A stretch of 64,000 nt of DNA from NCBI RefSeq assembly GCF_902459465.1, contig NC_047074.1, forward strand, positions 13,268,001 to 13,332,000. The letters are read 5' to 3'. This DNA comes from Asterias rubens (Eukaryota). Under the pieces are notes generated by a model that had not been told where the DNA came from, did no database searches, and saw only the letters and a list, made by a program, of their open reading frames with translations. The position numbers were made by a program, and so were the translations under genes. Each line of letters starts with the position of its first letter. The first letter of the stretch is position 1. Positions 1 to 12,048 of the stretch are shown here, in pieces.

Positions 1-320
1 GTAGCTTTACCCGGAACTCCGCACCAATACACACTGTGACGATTGTGCTTTTTGGGTTATAGCTTTCAATGCTTTGGAACGAGCTACCCGTCCACATTCA
101 AGTAGCAGTTTCATCATTACTTAAAACCCTTATGTTTTGACAATCTGAATAGTCTGATTATGGCGCTTAGAAATATACAAATCGAGTGCTATAATTTTTA
201 AAAAGTTTTCATTTTATTAATGGTAAAAACTGGCCTCATTAAGTCTCTTGTATGAAATTTATTTTATTAAACATTTCCTTATTTGTGATTTATACTTCAT
301 CTTGCATTTCTACTCCCAAG

Positions 321-2424
321 GGTCAAATGCCAAAGATCTCCCTCCTCAAGAAGTACGACCTGATGCAGTTTGCCGACGTGTCGCAGGCAGTCATCGAGGG
401 TAATTTGAAGCTGCTCAACAGTGCCATCGAGGCCCACGAGATCTTCTTCGCAAAATGCGGTGTCTACCTCATCGTGGACAAACTCAAGATTATCACATAT
501 CGCAACCTCTTCAAGAGAGTGTGAGTTTATTCTCATAGGAAGTTACTACAATAATAATACCAACTTGTTCTTATAAAGACATTTTACAAAAATACATTAA
601 TGCCCATCACTTTAGTGCCCTTGGCCCAATTTGATAAAGCTGTTAAGCAGAAAATACTGCTTAGTTTGAAAAAGAAGAAAAAAATAGTGGGGCACCAGTC
701 TCAACATTGTAAACTTCATAGAATTTTTGCTGGTAACCAGTTTTTCTGTACTTAGCAAGTTTGTCAGTCATAGCTCAGACATAAACTCTATTAACAACTT
801 TCTTCGTAAAGCACTTAGAGCCTGGCCTGCATACAAATTATTATTATTAATGTTGTTTTGTTCTTTCTACAGGCACATGATCACGAGTTCCTTCCAGCTT
901 AGCATCGAGAAGTTTGTATCAGTACTGACATTCCTTGATATCGAAGATGTAGATTCTGCGGAGGTGGAATGCATCCTTGCCAATCTTATTCATCAGGTAC
1001 AAACCAAATCATTATTGTTCACATTCTTGAAAAGATTCATTTGGAACCATTTACAACAACGCAGTGTTGTAGCCACTGTGGGTTGTGCTGGGCGGGCCTT
1101 CCCAGGGCTCGCTTTCACAAAGCAATAAAATTCATTGTAAGACAAATTGTCAGTATCACCATAGTGATTTGTATTGTGACATCACACTTTACTTAGCAAC
1201 TACGATTGATTTGCAGTTAAGATCAATCTTAGCTCTTTGTGAAATCGGCCCCAGGACTCACAATCTTTGCCCAGCACTCTGAGCAAAATACATTGTGCCG
1301 CCCAGCACAGATTTAAAAACATTGTCCACTGTGCATTGATCTGAGACACAGCTATTGATAAGGAATATCAAATGTCACAGAGAAAAACTATAGTCAAAAG
1401 GACATTCAACTTATTGTATGGCCCCATAACACGAACAGTTTGGAAACCTGGCACCACTTCAGTAATAATGACTCCATAATTCAACATAAACGATTTTGTT
1501 GATCCACTCGCCCTAGGTGGACTTTGATTACATTTAATTTAATGTCCACCACTAAAATTGGTCTAGGTACAGCCTTGTCAACCAGCTCATCATGCCCTCT
1601 ATAGACGATGTGACCTCTGACGTCACTCGAAAACCATAACATGATTCGTGCGCATACCGCCGGGCAAAACCTTTGTGTTTTGGCAGCTAGCTAGAAAGTG
1701 TATGCAATCTTACGCGTCTTTTTACCCGGCGAAACATGACGTATACAGAGTTTTGTCAACAGAGGGCGGTTTGAATGTAAACATAGGTCACATTGCTACA
1801 GTTATAACTGATAATTATAAAAGGAGAAAACCAGCTGTGATGAGTTGCCAAGTCTGGTGAAGCCACTAGCATAGTGGTGAAACCTGAACTGAAAACTTTG
1901 TGAGTTCATTCTCCATTTTTTCATCCATATATTGGAGTTGGTAAAACGACCATCTTTACTGAAATTATTGTTCACAGCTATTAATAATAGTAACAGAAAA
2001 ATGATATGGCGCGCAGTATCTGGAGGACCATTCAAAGGCGCTGGTCGCTTACAAATCACTGTGGTTAAAATTGAAGATTGAAAAGATAGGTTTTAAGATG
2101 GCGTTTGAATGATGACAGATCAGTTGGGTCCCTTAACTCCTCTGGCAAGGAAATCCAGAGACAAGGTGCACAGCTGGAAAAGGCCCGGAGGGTTGACTGC
2201 ACTGCGTAGGTGCATTCATCATCACTAGCTGGCATAGTTTATCAGTCTTTCAAATCCACAGTTGATTATATTAAATGGTCAGACAGTAGGAGGGTTAAAT
2301 TTCTAATCCATTGACTTTTTCTCGCTTACAGGGTTATATCAAGGGGTACATCTCTCATCAGCATCAGAAGTTAGTCATCAGTAAACAGAACCCCTTCCCT
2401 CCTCTGAGTTCATTCCTCTGCTGA
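321..2424 (+). CDS. PCID2: PCI domain-containing protein 2, last three coding exons (5' part lies upstream of the window)
   Basis: Exons 321-520, 873-996 and 2332-2424 join in phase at GT-AG sites. They give [17 protein letters not shown]...[20 protein letters not shown]...[42 protein letters not shown], which matches the PCID2 C-terminus. Confidence 0.96.
1106..1251. mobile_element. Harbinger-like MITE (GGCTCGATTTCACAAAG termini); related copies at ~24828-24965 and ~44765-44880
   Basis: Inverted termini flanked by a CAG direct repeat. It is inserted in a CAGTGTTGTAGCC-type element (1062-~1400) that has a second copy at 44883-45060. Confidence 0.65.
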
Positions 2425-2679
2425 GAAGTCGGGGCTCCAGTTTCACCATGGAGACGAACAAACAGACAGTCTTAGGCAGTGGCTCTGTTGGTTGTAGACA
2501 AAGATTGGCTTCACTGGATTGTTGAATAGCTCTAGCCATATCTACAGCTGTAGCCACATCTACAGCCGTAGCCAGGTTTTCAAACTTCAATTGTTTGAAG
2601 GAGGATCCATGGAGGATCTTTTTACTGCAAGCTTACTCTCTTCCCCCGATGCTAAAACATAGGATTCGAACTGCCTCTA

Positions 2680-2862
2680 GCTACCGGGCAATCTCGGTGG
2701 TCTAGTTGGTATGAGACTGCTCTAGAATTGCAAAGGCTGTGGATTTGAATCCCACTCGAGTAATTATGCCTGTGATTTTCGTTTTCACAGATCTCGGGAA
2801 ACTACTGAGGATACAGTGCTGACACACATCGGTGTATATGGGTAAAAACCAAAATTAATAAG
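2680..2862 (+). mobile_element. tRNA-derived SINE (CACACATCGGTGTATGGGTAAAAACCAAAATT tail); related copy at ~22262-22410 and tails at 57969-58070
   Basis: tRNA-like head and a shared tail in several copies. Confidence 0.65.
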
Positions 2863-3692
2863 CTTGTTTTCTATAATAAAAAAAAAGTGAAAGGGATGAC
2901 GATGAGATGACAGGGGAGTGTTGGTTTCTTCCTAATGCCCCAGTCACAATTAGCTTGTGATGGGTTTGCAAGTCGTTTGCGATGGATTTCTAGACATTTT
3001 CAGCTGCAGGCTCCATGGAACTCCTTGGGGAATCGGGTGGGCATCAAGTTGCTTTTAACTCGGACTTAAAACCTGGTGTGGCATTTTGCATCGCAAACTG
3101 GTCATCAATAAATCTGTCATTGCCTGGCCGATGTCTGACAGGGCATCGCACAAGCCGGGCCAAATTTTTGACAACCGAGACAATCCATCATTATCGTCGG
3201 GGCATAGGCAGGACATCAGACAAGTGCCTGCCGGACACTGGCCGATAAAGAGGCAAAGAAATTCCACCCGATTTCCAGTCATGGCAGCGTGCAGGGCACT
3301 ATTCAAAGGTGGAGTTTTTAATGTTGCGGTATAAATGTGAAAATGAGGGCGCCAAACCCAACCAATTCAAACAATAACATTAACTGTAGATTGTGTAAAA
3401 ATAGTTCTCAAAACAGTTAACTGTAAATTTTGTAAAACTAGCCTTAGTCTGAAAGTTACACTCTACAAACTCCTCCACAAACATTGAGGAAAATGTTTGA
3501 ATTTATTTGTTCTAAAAGATTTTTATATAATCTAAAGTGTAGTAAAGGTTAACTTCAATAAAAGTTGTCCATTTTGTATAAGATTTGAGTGATGTGCTTT
3601 GCTTTCTTGCTGATTGAGAGCCAGTGCCGATAGACCTATATTGTATGAGGTAAATTTACAAGAAAGTGTGGGTCTGGTTCACAGAAAAAGAA

Positions 3693-3758
3693 CTTGGATA
3701 AGACAGACTCCAGACGATGACAAGAGCAAGCTAGTCGAAACGTTGAGACCAACCCAAG
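3693..3758 (+). ncRNA. Degenerate minimal type-I hammerhead ribozyme motif (Penelope-like pLTR remnant), copy 1
   Basis: CTC-CAGACGA-T-GACAAG-agcaag-CTAGTC-GAAA-CGTT-GAG, plus a distal CTTGG/CCAAG pairing. Confidence 0.55.
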
Positions 3759-4000
3759 AACCGACTCCGCGGTAGTACAGTTAATTACGATCCTATAAGC
3801 TAAAGTAGTAGTCCCAGCCTATTTCTATACCATCCGCCCTGTTATTCTTTTATGAGAGTATGGAAATAACTGTATTCTTGAATTGAATTGAATAGTTAAT
3901 AAGCAGGACAGTTCTTTTCAGAACTGAGAAGTCTCCCGAAAACCCAAACAATCTACTCCGCGGTAGTAGAATTTAAGCAAGACAGTTCTGTAAGAACAAA

Positions 4001-4085
4001 CTCTACCTGGCAAGTAGATACACACATGGTGTTACCGCAAACCAAATATATATTGATACCTCACCATGCAATGCCTCAAATCATA
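4001..4085 (+). repeat. Interspersed repeat (AGTAGATACACACATGGTGTTACCGCAAACC...), next to hammerhead copy 1; further copies at ~20925-21005 and ~39105-39180
   Basis: Three recognisably similar copies within the window. Confidence 0.7.
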
Positions 4086-5976
4086 TGTTGGATAAGGTAG
4101 TTAGCCAAGTAAGTCCAGTAGTGCTAGTAGGCAGCTTTAGATTCTGGTAAACGAGAACCTTGTTCACGTCTACCATGGTGAGTGAACGTAAAAACCATTG
4201 TTTTGGGGTCCTTGACTCATGCAGACAACGTTGGTGACGACTTGACAGATGAGCAAAGCATCAGCATGACATCGCATACCAGTCGATGTACGTGGATGTG
4301 AAGTCTAAAGCTGCCTATTAATCGCTCAGCCAGGACATGTCACTGACGCGCCACTCGTCCTTCGCAAATAGCTGTATTTGATTTTCCTGTAGGCAGGATT
4401 CGAACTGGGGTCCAAAAATGTGAAATCAGGATAGACACCAATTGGCCAACCTGAATGCTAATGACAAGAACATAGTAACAAGAACAATTTACTTATGACT
4501 AATGTGCATTACATTTAATATTTAGCTGACTTATAAGCACACTTATACAAAAAACAAACCTATAACTTGGCTCACTTCTTAATGAATGGATGACAAATAC
4601 ATGATTATACAAAAAAACGGTACTGAAGGATGAAAATAAAAATTATTTTGCCTAGTCCACAAAAGTCACAACTAACATAGTGTTAAACAAGAATGTTGTG
4701 TAAATAATTAAGATTATGTATATACACAAGTTTAAATGTGTTATACAGGATTGGTAAATTGTTAAATTTTAGCCTGAAAGCTTACTGATTGTGAAGTTCA
4801 TGCTACAACAATTTTTTTCTGTGAAATATTTTCCCGTGAAAATCAACTTGTATGTCGTAAAAACTGTACCTGAAAAACTAAAAAAAAAGCAAGGATAATG
4901 GGTTAACATGCTGAAAATTGTGCATGGTTCTTTACACATTTTCTCCTGACTCTACCGAGGGATTACGCCCACATTTTCACATGTTTGTCTTTTTATGTGG
5001 TTGATCACACAAAACACGATTTTGACTATTTTGTCAGCTCTACCAATCCACACCTTTCAATACATCTTCAAGTAGCCCAACCTAACTAGTAACTACATGT
5101 ATCCCAACCCAAATAACCAAACAACAAGAACAAATAAGTGTTCCCAATCCTACATCCGTATGGACTGTAAATAGGGTAACCCTGTTTCAGCCCTAGGAGT
5201 AGGTGGCAACGGCCTCTGAAAAAATAATGAAGCCCACACCTTGAAGTGGCGTTCAGGCCTTGTGTGTCTGGCGACTTGCATAAAAAAAATTTTTTTTAAA
5301 GTGTTAGTATGTGAATAAAATAATGCACAATTCGGAACAAATATACAAATCAAGTCAAAAATACTGGTAACCACTACAAAGAATTCATAAAAACACTTTC
5401 CTGCTCAATTTGAAAACAAGATAATCATGTTTACCATTAATTAATTAGTACTTGATTGTTTTGTGGGAACTGTCTTCGTTAAAATGTCGTTTTACTTAGT
5501 TTTAAAGATTCTCTGTAACATAAAAAAAGGTACCGTCAAACGATCATTAGTTATAATTTATATATTAATAAATCCAAGCAAGTGCTTCGCACCAATTTTA
5601 AATACATTCGCTGTAATAAATCAAAAGTGAGGGTATAAAATTGAAGTATTTTTCCTCAAGGGTTGACAATAATTTCGCATAATTTTCCTGTCACAAGATC
5701 AGTCGACCTTATGATGCGTCCTGGGATAGGATGAGAAACTGTTGTCACAAATAAATAGTAAGTCCAGTTTAATTTATGAGAATATTCAAAAATAATCCTA
5801 TTACGGGTTACAAAATCATGATTTTAAGTGAAATATCTTTGCGACATTACAAATACATCTTGTGACTTCACTAAATGTACTAGCAAAAATATCCGCATAA
5901 CTATTTTGCCTAGACTTGTTGACAAGTCATCAAATATTTGTTAAGGGTATAACACTCAGGTCCGCTGTGAAGACTG

Positions 5977-6545
5977 GGGTGCGTTCCACTCTTGCAAACG
6001 ACTCGCAACTGTTCGCGCAAACGTTTTTTATCTTTTGAACGATTGGTGCGTATATGCGATGTCAATATGGCGGCGCCCTGAAATGAAGATGGCGCGCACC
6101 ATACGTAGTTTTTTTTTATACTTTATTTTGCTGCAATAGTCCTCTTTTTGACATCATTACATCAACTAATTGACTTTGTTTTTCCAAATCTGCATAATCA
6201 TCCCCTCGAAAATACAATGTAATTATGTTTGTAACAAAGAAATAATACCATATGCTTGTCCACCATTTTAAAAATCACTCGCCAACACCTCAGAAGTATG
6301 GCCATGCCCGAATTGGCGACTGCGGCTACAGCTACGGCTAGGGCGCGCGCGTCTGCTATTCTTTAACACTGACAGACGCGCTGATCTAGACGTAGCTGTA
6401 GCCGAAGTCGCCAATTCGGACACGGCCTTAGTTCGCCTAAAGTTGCCAACGTTCGCCAACGGTGGCAGCGAACAACTCGTTCCACTTGAAATTGTTGGCG
6501 AACGTGCGCAACTGTTGGTAACGTTTGCGCGAGTGGAACGCACCC
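5977..6545. mobile_element. Harbinger-like non-autonomous element (GGGTGCGTTCCACT TIRs)
   Basis: Perfect terminal inverted repeats with 3-bp flanks CTG/CAG. The empty site GAAGGCTGCTCTC is preserved in the adjacent tandem units. Confidence 0.75.
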
Positions 6546-6547
6546 CA

Positions 6548-6907
6548 GCTCTCTACAATCACTACAAATACAACATGCAACATTCATTATGCTTTCCTAT
6601 GACTGATTAAAGTCACTGTACACGTTTGTTAATTGTCAAAGACCAGTGTTCTCACTTGGTGTATCCTTTGGTGTAAGTGTATAACACTTGGGTCCACTGT
6701 GAAGGCTGCTCTCTACAATCATTACAAGTATAACATGTAACATTCATTATGCTTTCCTATGACTGATTAAAGTCACTGTACACATTTGTTAATTGTCAAA
6801 GACCAGTGTTCTCACTTGGTGTATCCCTTGATGTAAGTGTATAACACTCGGGTCCACTGTGAAGGCTGCTCTCTACAATCACTACAAGCTTTCCTATGAC
6901 TGATTAA
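6548..6907 (+). repeat. 160-bp tandem repeat (2 full units plus a partial unit)
   Basis: GCTCTCTACAATC recurs at 6548, 6708 and 6868. Each full unit contains a MITE-end fragment. Confidence 0.9.
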
Positions 6908-7280
6908 AGGCAGTGGACACTATTGGCAATTACTCAATTAGTATAAAACCTTACTTGGAAACGAGTAATGGGAGCTGTTGATAGTATAGTACAATGTATA
7001 AAACATTGTGAGAAACGGCTCCCTCTGAACTAACATAGTTTTCAAGAAAGAAGTTATTTTCCACAAATTTGGCCTCAGATTTAGAATTTCTCGAAATCAA
7101 GCATCTGAAAGCACAGAACTTCATGTGACAAGGGTGTTTTTTCTTTCATTATTATCTTGCAACTTCGAGGACCGATCGAGCTCAAATTTTCACAGGTTTG
7201 TTATTTTATGCATTAGTGAAGAATGAGATACACCAAGTGGGAAGACTGATCTTTGACAATTTAGTGTCCAGTGTTTTTAA
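6904..7280. mobile_element. TTAA-flanked MITE family A (Kolobok-like)
   Basis: TTAA-AGGCAGTGGACACTATTGG ... GTGTCCAGTGTTT-TTAA. Confidence 0.85.
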
Positions 7281-7980
7281 GTTAATGTTCAGCATTGGAT
7301 ATTTAGCAGAACTGAATCTGATTATTAACAATCAAATATTCATCCTGAGCTACTTTGCATTTTGAAATTATTATTATTATTTTTTTTACTTGTGCACTAT
7401 TTATGTGTCTGTGGCTAGCTTCAAGTATTGGAGGCTCTTTTGTTTATTTTATTACACAATCCAACAGCACAATTAGCGCCAATAACAGGATGAATAGAAA
7501 ACAAGAAGACATGCTCAGTTTTAGATGTTGGAGGAAAACCCAAATGGAAAACCAGTACAATCCGGTAGTGACTGAAAACCCAATCCATGTAGTGCCCCCA
7601 GTGGGATTCGAACTGGAGTCCTGGAGGTGGAAGACAAGGAAAGGAACCACTACCTCAACCCTGCATCTTGTTTCTATGGATGATGATGTAGCCTTCATTC
7701 CTACAATGTATATCCTGTTAGATTTCTCTGTAGTACTTGAATAAGCTAAGCTTGAAACAGCATTTGAATATCATACATAAGAGGTTAAACATCAAGTCAT
7801 TGAAGCGGCACTAAGACAAAACCCTGGTCCCTCCGCTCAAACATTTCCACAAGTTTCATCTTGGAAGTTCAAAGGCAAGACAAAAAGTCACATGGATCCA
7901 AGCTCAGGGGTAAGCCATAAGAGATTGTCCCTGGGTCCTCAATTTTGTCGTCAGCCCCGTTGAGTTTTAAGCGGACCCTG

Positions 7981-10900
7981 TCATAATAACGACTGCTCGA
8001 ACATGATTTTGTCGAATCCTGCAGGCGGTGTGTGGTAGAACTCGCTGAATTGCACGTCAAGGATTGCTCCCTCATCAACTGTTGAAAAAAATTTCAATTC
8101 ATATAAAGTCAATTCAATTCAATTCCTGAAAAATCCTTGTTTGTCGCCAGGCCTAAGCTTTTGAATATTCTTCCCCCATCTCTGCTGATTCACTTTTCAA
8201 GAAGCATCTGACATAATAATAATAAATAAACTACAGCATTTATAAGGCGCACTTTACTGAAAGAGAAAAACATTCAAAGGCGCCGGTCAAGTTTTGCCAA
8301 GATGTTGGAAAGCAAGCAAGAACAAGTGTGTTTTGAGTTTCTGCTGGAAGAGAGTGATGTTGTGGATTTGTCTGAGGTATTCCGGAAGTGAGTTCCAGAG
8401 TCTTGGTGCAATGTTGGAGTAAGCCCTGTCCCCGTAACTGGCCAGGCGAGTTCGAGGAACTGGCTCTATTCAATTTCGCTTTTATCAAGATAAATTTTAC
8501 CCTTATGCTTACCGTATGTCACTGGATAAACTGTGCCACGGATTCCAGTCAGAGGAATATTGAGCGGTGCACCGTTTTTATAAAAGTTCATCTCAATATG
8601 GTCATATGTTATACCCTGGAAAAACAACAATTATAAAATTACTTCTTTCTCGAAAACTATGGCACTTCAGAGAGAGCCGTTTCTCACAATGTTTTATACC
8701 ATCAACCTCTCCCCATTACTTGTAACCAAGAAAGGTTTTATGTTATTGCTAATAATTATTTTGAGTAATTACCAATAGTGTCCACTGCCTTTAAGACTAG
8801 TCTTATCTCCAGCTAGGGGGAGTCACTCGTCCTAACTTAGTACTAGCCATATGTTATTTAATATCACTAGTCCTAAGTCTTTGTGAAATCGAGCCCATGT
8901 AATGATAATCTCTAAATGATTTGGGGTTATTCTGAGAAGAACTGTTAGTTAAAAAAAGACAAGGTGACATTACTTTCTTGCCAAAAAAGTGAGCACTGAT
9001 CAAAAACATATCCTGTAAACTTAAAATTCTTCAATTCGAAGTAAATTTAAACTTACGATAATGTCACCCTCGGCGATATCTCCTTCTATTTTGTGTGTAA
9101 CCTCCCCATTATGACAAATGGAACCATCCGACCTAAGCACCCAACTCTCTGCTTTGCTACCAAGAGGCAGGGTGTTAAGATTACACTTTCGGGTAGCGAC
9201 TCCAAAGCCCCAGATTCCTGTTGGATAAAATGTAAGATGACAATGTTCATAAAAAAATTTAAACAAAAGTAATAAGATAAAAAAATAAAAAATTAAACCC
9301 AACATCGACTAAAATTTTCAAATATCCCTATATAAATGTATTTTCAAGCCTTTTGGATTCAATCCAAATAGTGCATAGGCCTGATCAAACAAAAAAGCTT
9401 TATTAGAATTCCATAAAGCTAACTTATGTTTCAAATATTTTACTGGTCAGATATATAGCTACTACATGTAACTAGTACTTTCTATTTATTTAATTTCAGG
9501 CAGCAGAAAAATACAAAGAAATAACAATGTAAATAAGAATTAAAGTCAGCGAAAATCAACAAAAAAACAAAAATAATTCCTATCAGAGGGGGATCCAGAC
9601 TTGAAAAACCCACAAAGGCATAACAAAAACAAGAAAATGTATCATCATACATTTTGTACACACATTTATAAAATGAGAATAATATAATTTAAGAAAAACT
9701 TAATAATTTGGGGGGCTAATTATCCTTACTTGCAGCTAAGAGCTAAATTGCGAAGGACGCGGCTATAATGTGTTCGAGAAGCAGGCATGCAAGGGCGCCT
9801 TTGGCTGCCAGCCACATCAACCCATTATGACCACGGATATTGTGTTTGATTTTTCCCAAGGGAGGAAAACCGGATGGTCTGGAAAACCCTTGTGGCACAG
9901 CACAGAACCAACGCAAACTCAACACTTACATATGGCCCTGGCCGGGAATCGAACCGGGGTCACCTAGGTGAGGAGTGAGGGCCTTACCCACAAGCCAACC
10001 ATGCCACGGTTAGTCTCTCAGTGACTTTGTGCTATTAAGAATCTGAAATAAAACCTCCATTATACATTCAGGCCTGGGCACACTTTCATAAATCTGTTTA
10101 GCAGAAAATTCTGCTTGGAAAAATCCTTTGCCAAGCAGATTGGGGTACCAATCACACCAATGTTTAATGAATGTATTTTGGCTGGTTACTTTTTTTTTGC
10201 TAAGCAAGGGTTTTCTGTGTTTAGGCAAGTTGTTGTGCTTACAGGCTTTATGAAATTGAGCCACGATGGTTCATTGAGGCAACATTTTTTGGGGAGGTTT
10301 GCGTCGGATTGTCACCGTTTTGTTGTTTTCCTTTTTATTAAAGGGGGAGGGGGGGACACAAAATAATAAAATTTACAATTTTGGTAAACAATACAATTTT
10401 GTGTGCAGGGCCAAATTCACAATCACATGCAGGCGCTGATGTGAAACTAGTGATCTAATGTCATTGGCCTCATAGTTGAGCTTGGCTTTTAGTAATTCAA
10501 AGCTACAACTGTACGCCAGTCAGTGTTGTTTAAAAGATTTCACATAATGGCGCTGACGTGAAACTAGTGATTCAATGTCCTCATAAATGTATCTCAAGCT
10601 AAAACTGTATCATCAGTCAGCGTGAATATATCTACCTGTAGATTGTAGTTTCATTTCAAAGTAGGCTTTGTCTTGGACCAATGGAGCGTTCCCAAGAGCT
10701 CCTCCTGTGCCACATATTCTTCTTCCTGATTTCACGATGACAACATCACTCCCTGAAAAAAATACAGACAAATCAAATATCTACAAAGTGAAAAATTGCA
10801 AATAAATGAAGCAAAAGATGAGGCAATTAAAGGCAATGTACACGTTTGGTAATTACTCAAAATATATATTAGCATAAAACCTTACTTGGTGACGGGCAAC

Positions 10901-11680
10901 GGAAAGCTGTCGATTGACGATAGTATAAAACTTTGTGAGAAACGACTCCCTCTGAAGTGAAGTAAAATAGTTTTTGAGAAAGAGGTAATTTCTCACTAAG
11001 ATAATAAATGACTTCTGGCCAGAAGCCTTCTAGTTTTATTCCTATCAGAAGCACACTATTTTGCACAACAAGGGTGTTGTTTCTTTCATCATTTTCTTGC
11101 AACTTCAATGACCAATTGAGTCCAAATTTCCACAGGCTTGTTATTTTACGAATATGTTGGGATACACATACCAAGTGAGAATAGGCCTACATTTACTAGT
11201 TATATTATCGCAACTATACGTTTACGTACTGGTCTTTTTGACAATTACCAAACATGTTCAGTGCCTTTTAATTAAATTAATAAATGCCATATCCGGCCTA
11301 ATTTTTTGTGGTTTGCTTCATGAGTGTTGGAAATTTGTATCCCTTTAAATAATTTGTGGGGTTAATATGAGCAGCTCTCTGGCTCTATGAAATTTTCATC
11401 AGAGACAGACTAGAGAGAGGGTCTCTGGCTTGTCTGGTAAAAAAAAAGGGTTTATCACGAAATAGATGCAATGATTGACAGCAATGTATCAAATAATTAA
11501 ATAAAACTCCACCTAATTGTACTTGAAAAAGCAAAGGAAACAAAATGTTTAAAACAATAAGATTAACTCACCCATATGTGACATGTCCAAGGTAACGGTG
11601 GGTATTTCTTTCAGTGGGACATGACCGCTGCGAAAACCACCGCCAGGCCAGCACCGAAAACAGCAAAAGCAGGCAGCCAT
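7981..11680 (-). CDS. SPRYD7: SPRY domain-containing protein 7 (CLLD6/C13orf1 orthologue), complete, 5 exons, ~196 aa
   Basis: Exons 11680-11572, 10752-10636, 9217-9057, 8615-8513 and 8078-7981 join in phase. Translation MAACFCCFRCWPGGGFRSGHVPLKEIPTVTLDMSHMGSDVVIVKSGRRICGTGG...GITYDHIEMNFY...QFSEFYHTPPAGFDKIMFEQSLL* follows human SPRYD7 throughout. Confidence 0.96.
8635..8794. mobile_element. MITE family A, partial copy
   Basis: Ends in CCAATAGTGTCCACTGCCT-TTAA. Confidence 0.8.
9711..10005 (-). mobile_element. tRNA-derived SINE with a GGGTTTTCC...CCGGTTTTCCTCCC central motif
   Basis: A/B-box-like head (GGTTCGATTCCC) followed by a non-tRNA body. Confidence 0.65.
10827..11271. mobile_element. 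MITE family A copy in SPRYD7 intron 1
   Basis: TTAA at both ends; family consensus body. Confidence 0.8.
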
Positions 11681-12048
11681 TGTCGCTGTTTATAATTTAA
11701 TCAGCACTAGGTGGCGCTATTCCTGAGTAATGGTGATGGGGGTAGGCGTGGCGAAAAGGGATCGGTTAGATGATGGAAAACAATTCCTAAAGTTGCACCT
11801 CAAGAGCTGTTTTTTAAGAAATGTTCAGTTTTGATTGTATAAAGTATTGAATAGTTGATATGAAAATTAGGTGTTAAACTGCAATTTAATTATGACAATC
11901 AACAAAAATGTGTTCAGAGAATATTGGTCATGTGACAGTCACGTGAGCATTTGATAACGAACAAACATATGCAAACTACCAGCACAATTTGTAAACATTA
12001 CATGACTGCTGGTAAAGCGGATCATATTTAATAGTTTGGTGTAAAGAA
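11681..12048. promoter_or_regulatory. Shared bidirectional promoter of SPRYD7 and PMVK
   Basis: 368 bp separate the two divergent ATGs. The interval holds a CTCF-like GCACTAGGTGGCGCT (11704-11718), an Sp/KLF-like AGGCGTGGC (~11744-11752), an inverted CCAAT (11923-11927) and tandem E-boxes GTCATGTGAC (11927-11936) and GTCACGTGAG (11938-11947). Confidence 0.7.
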
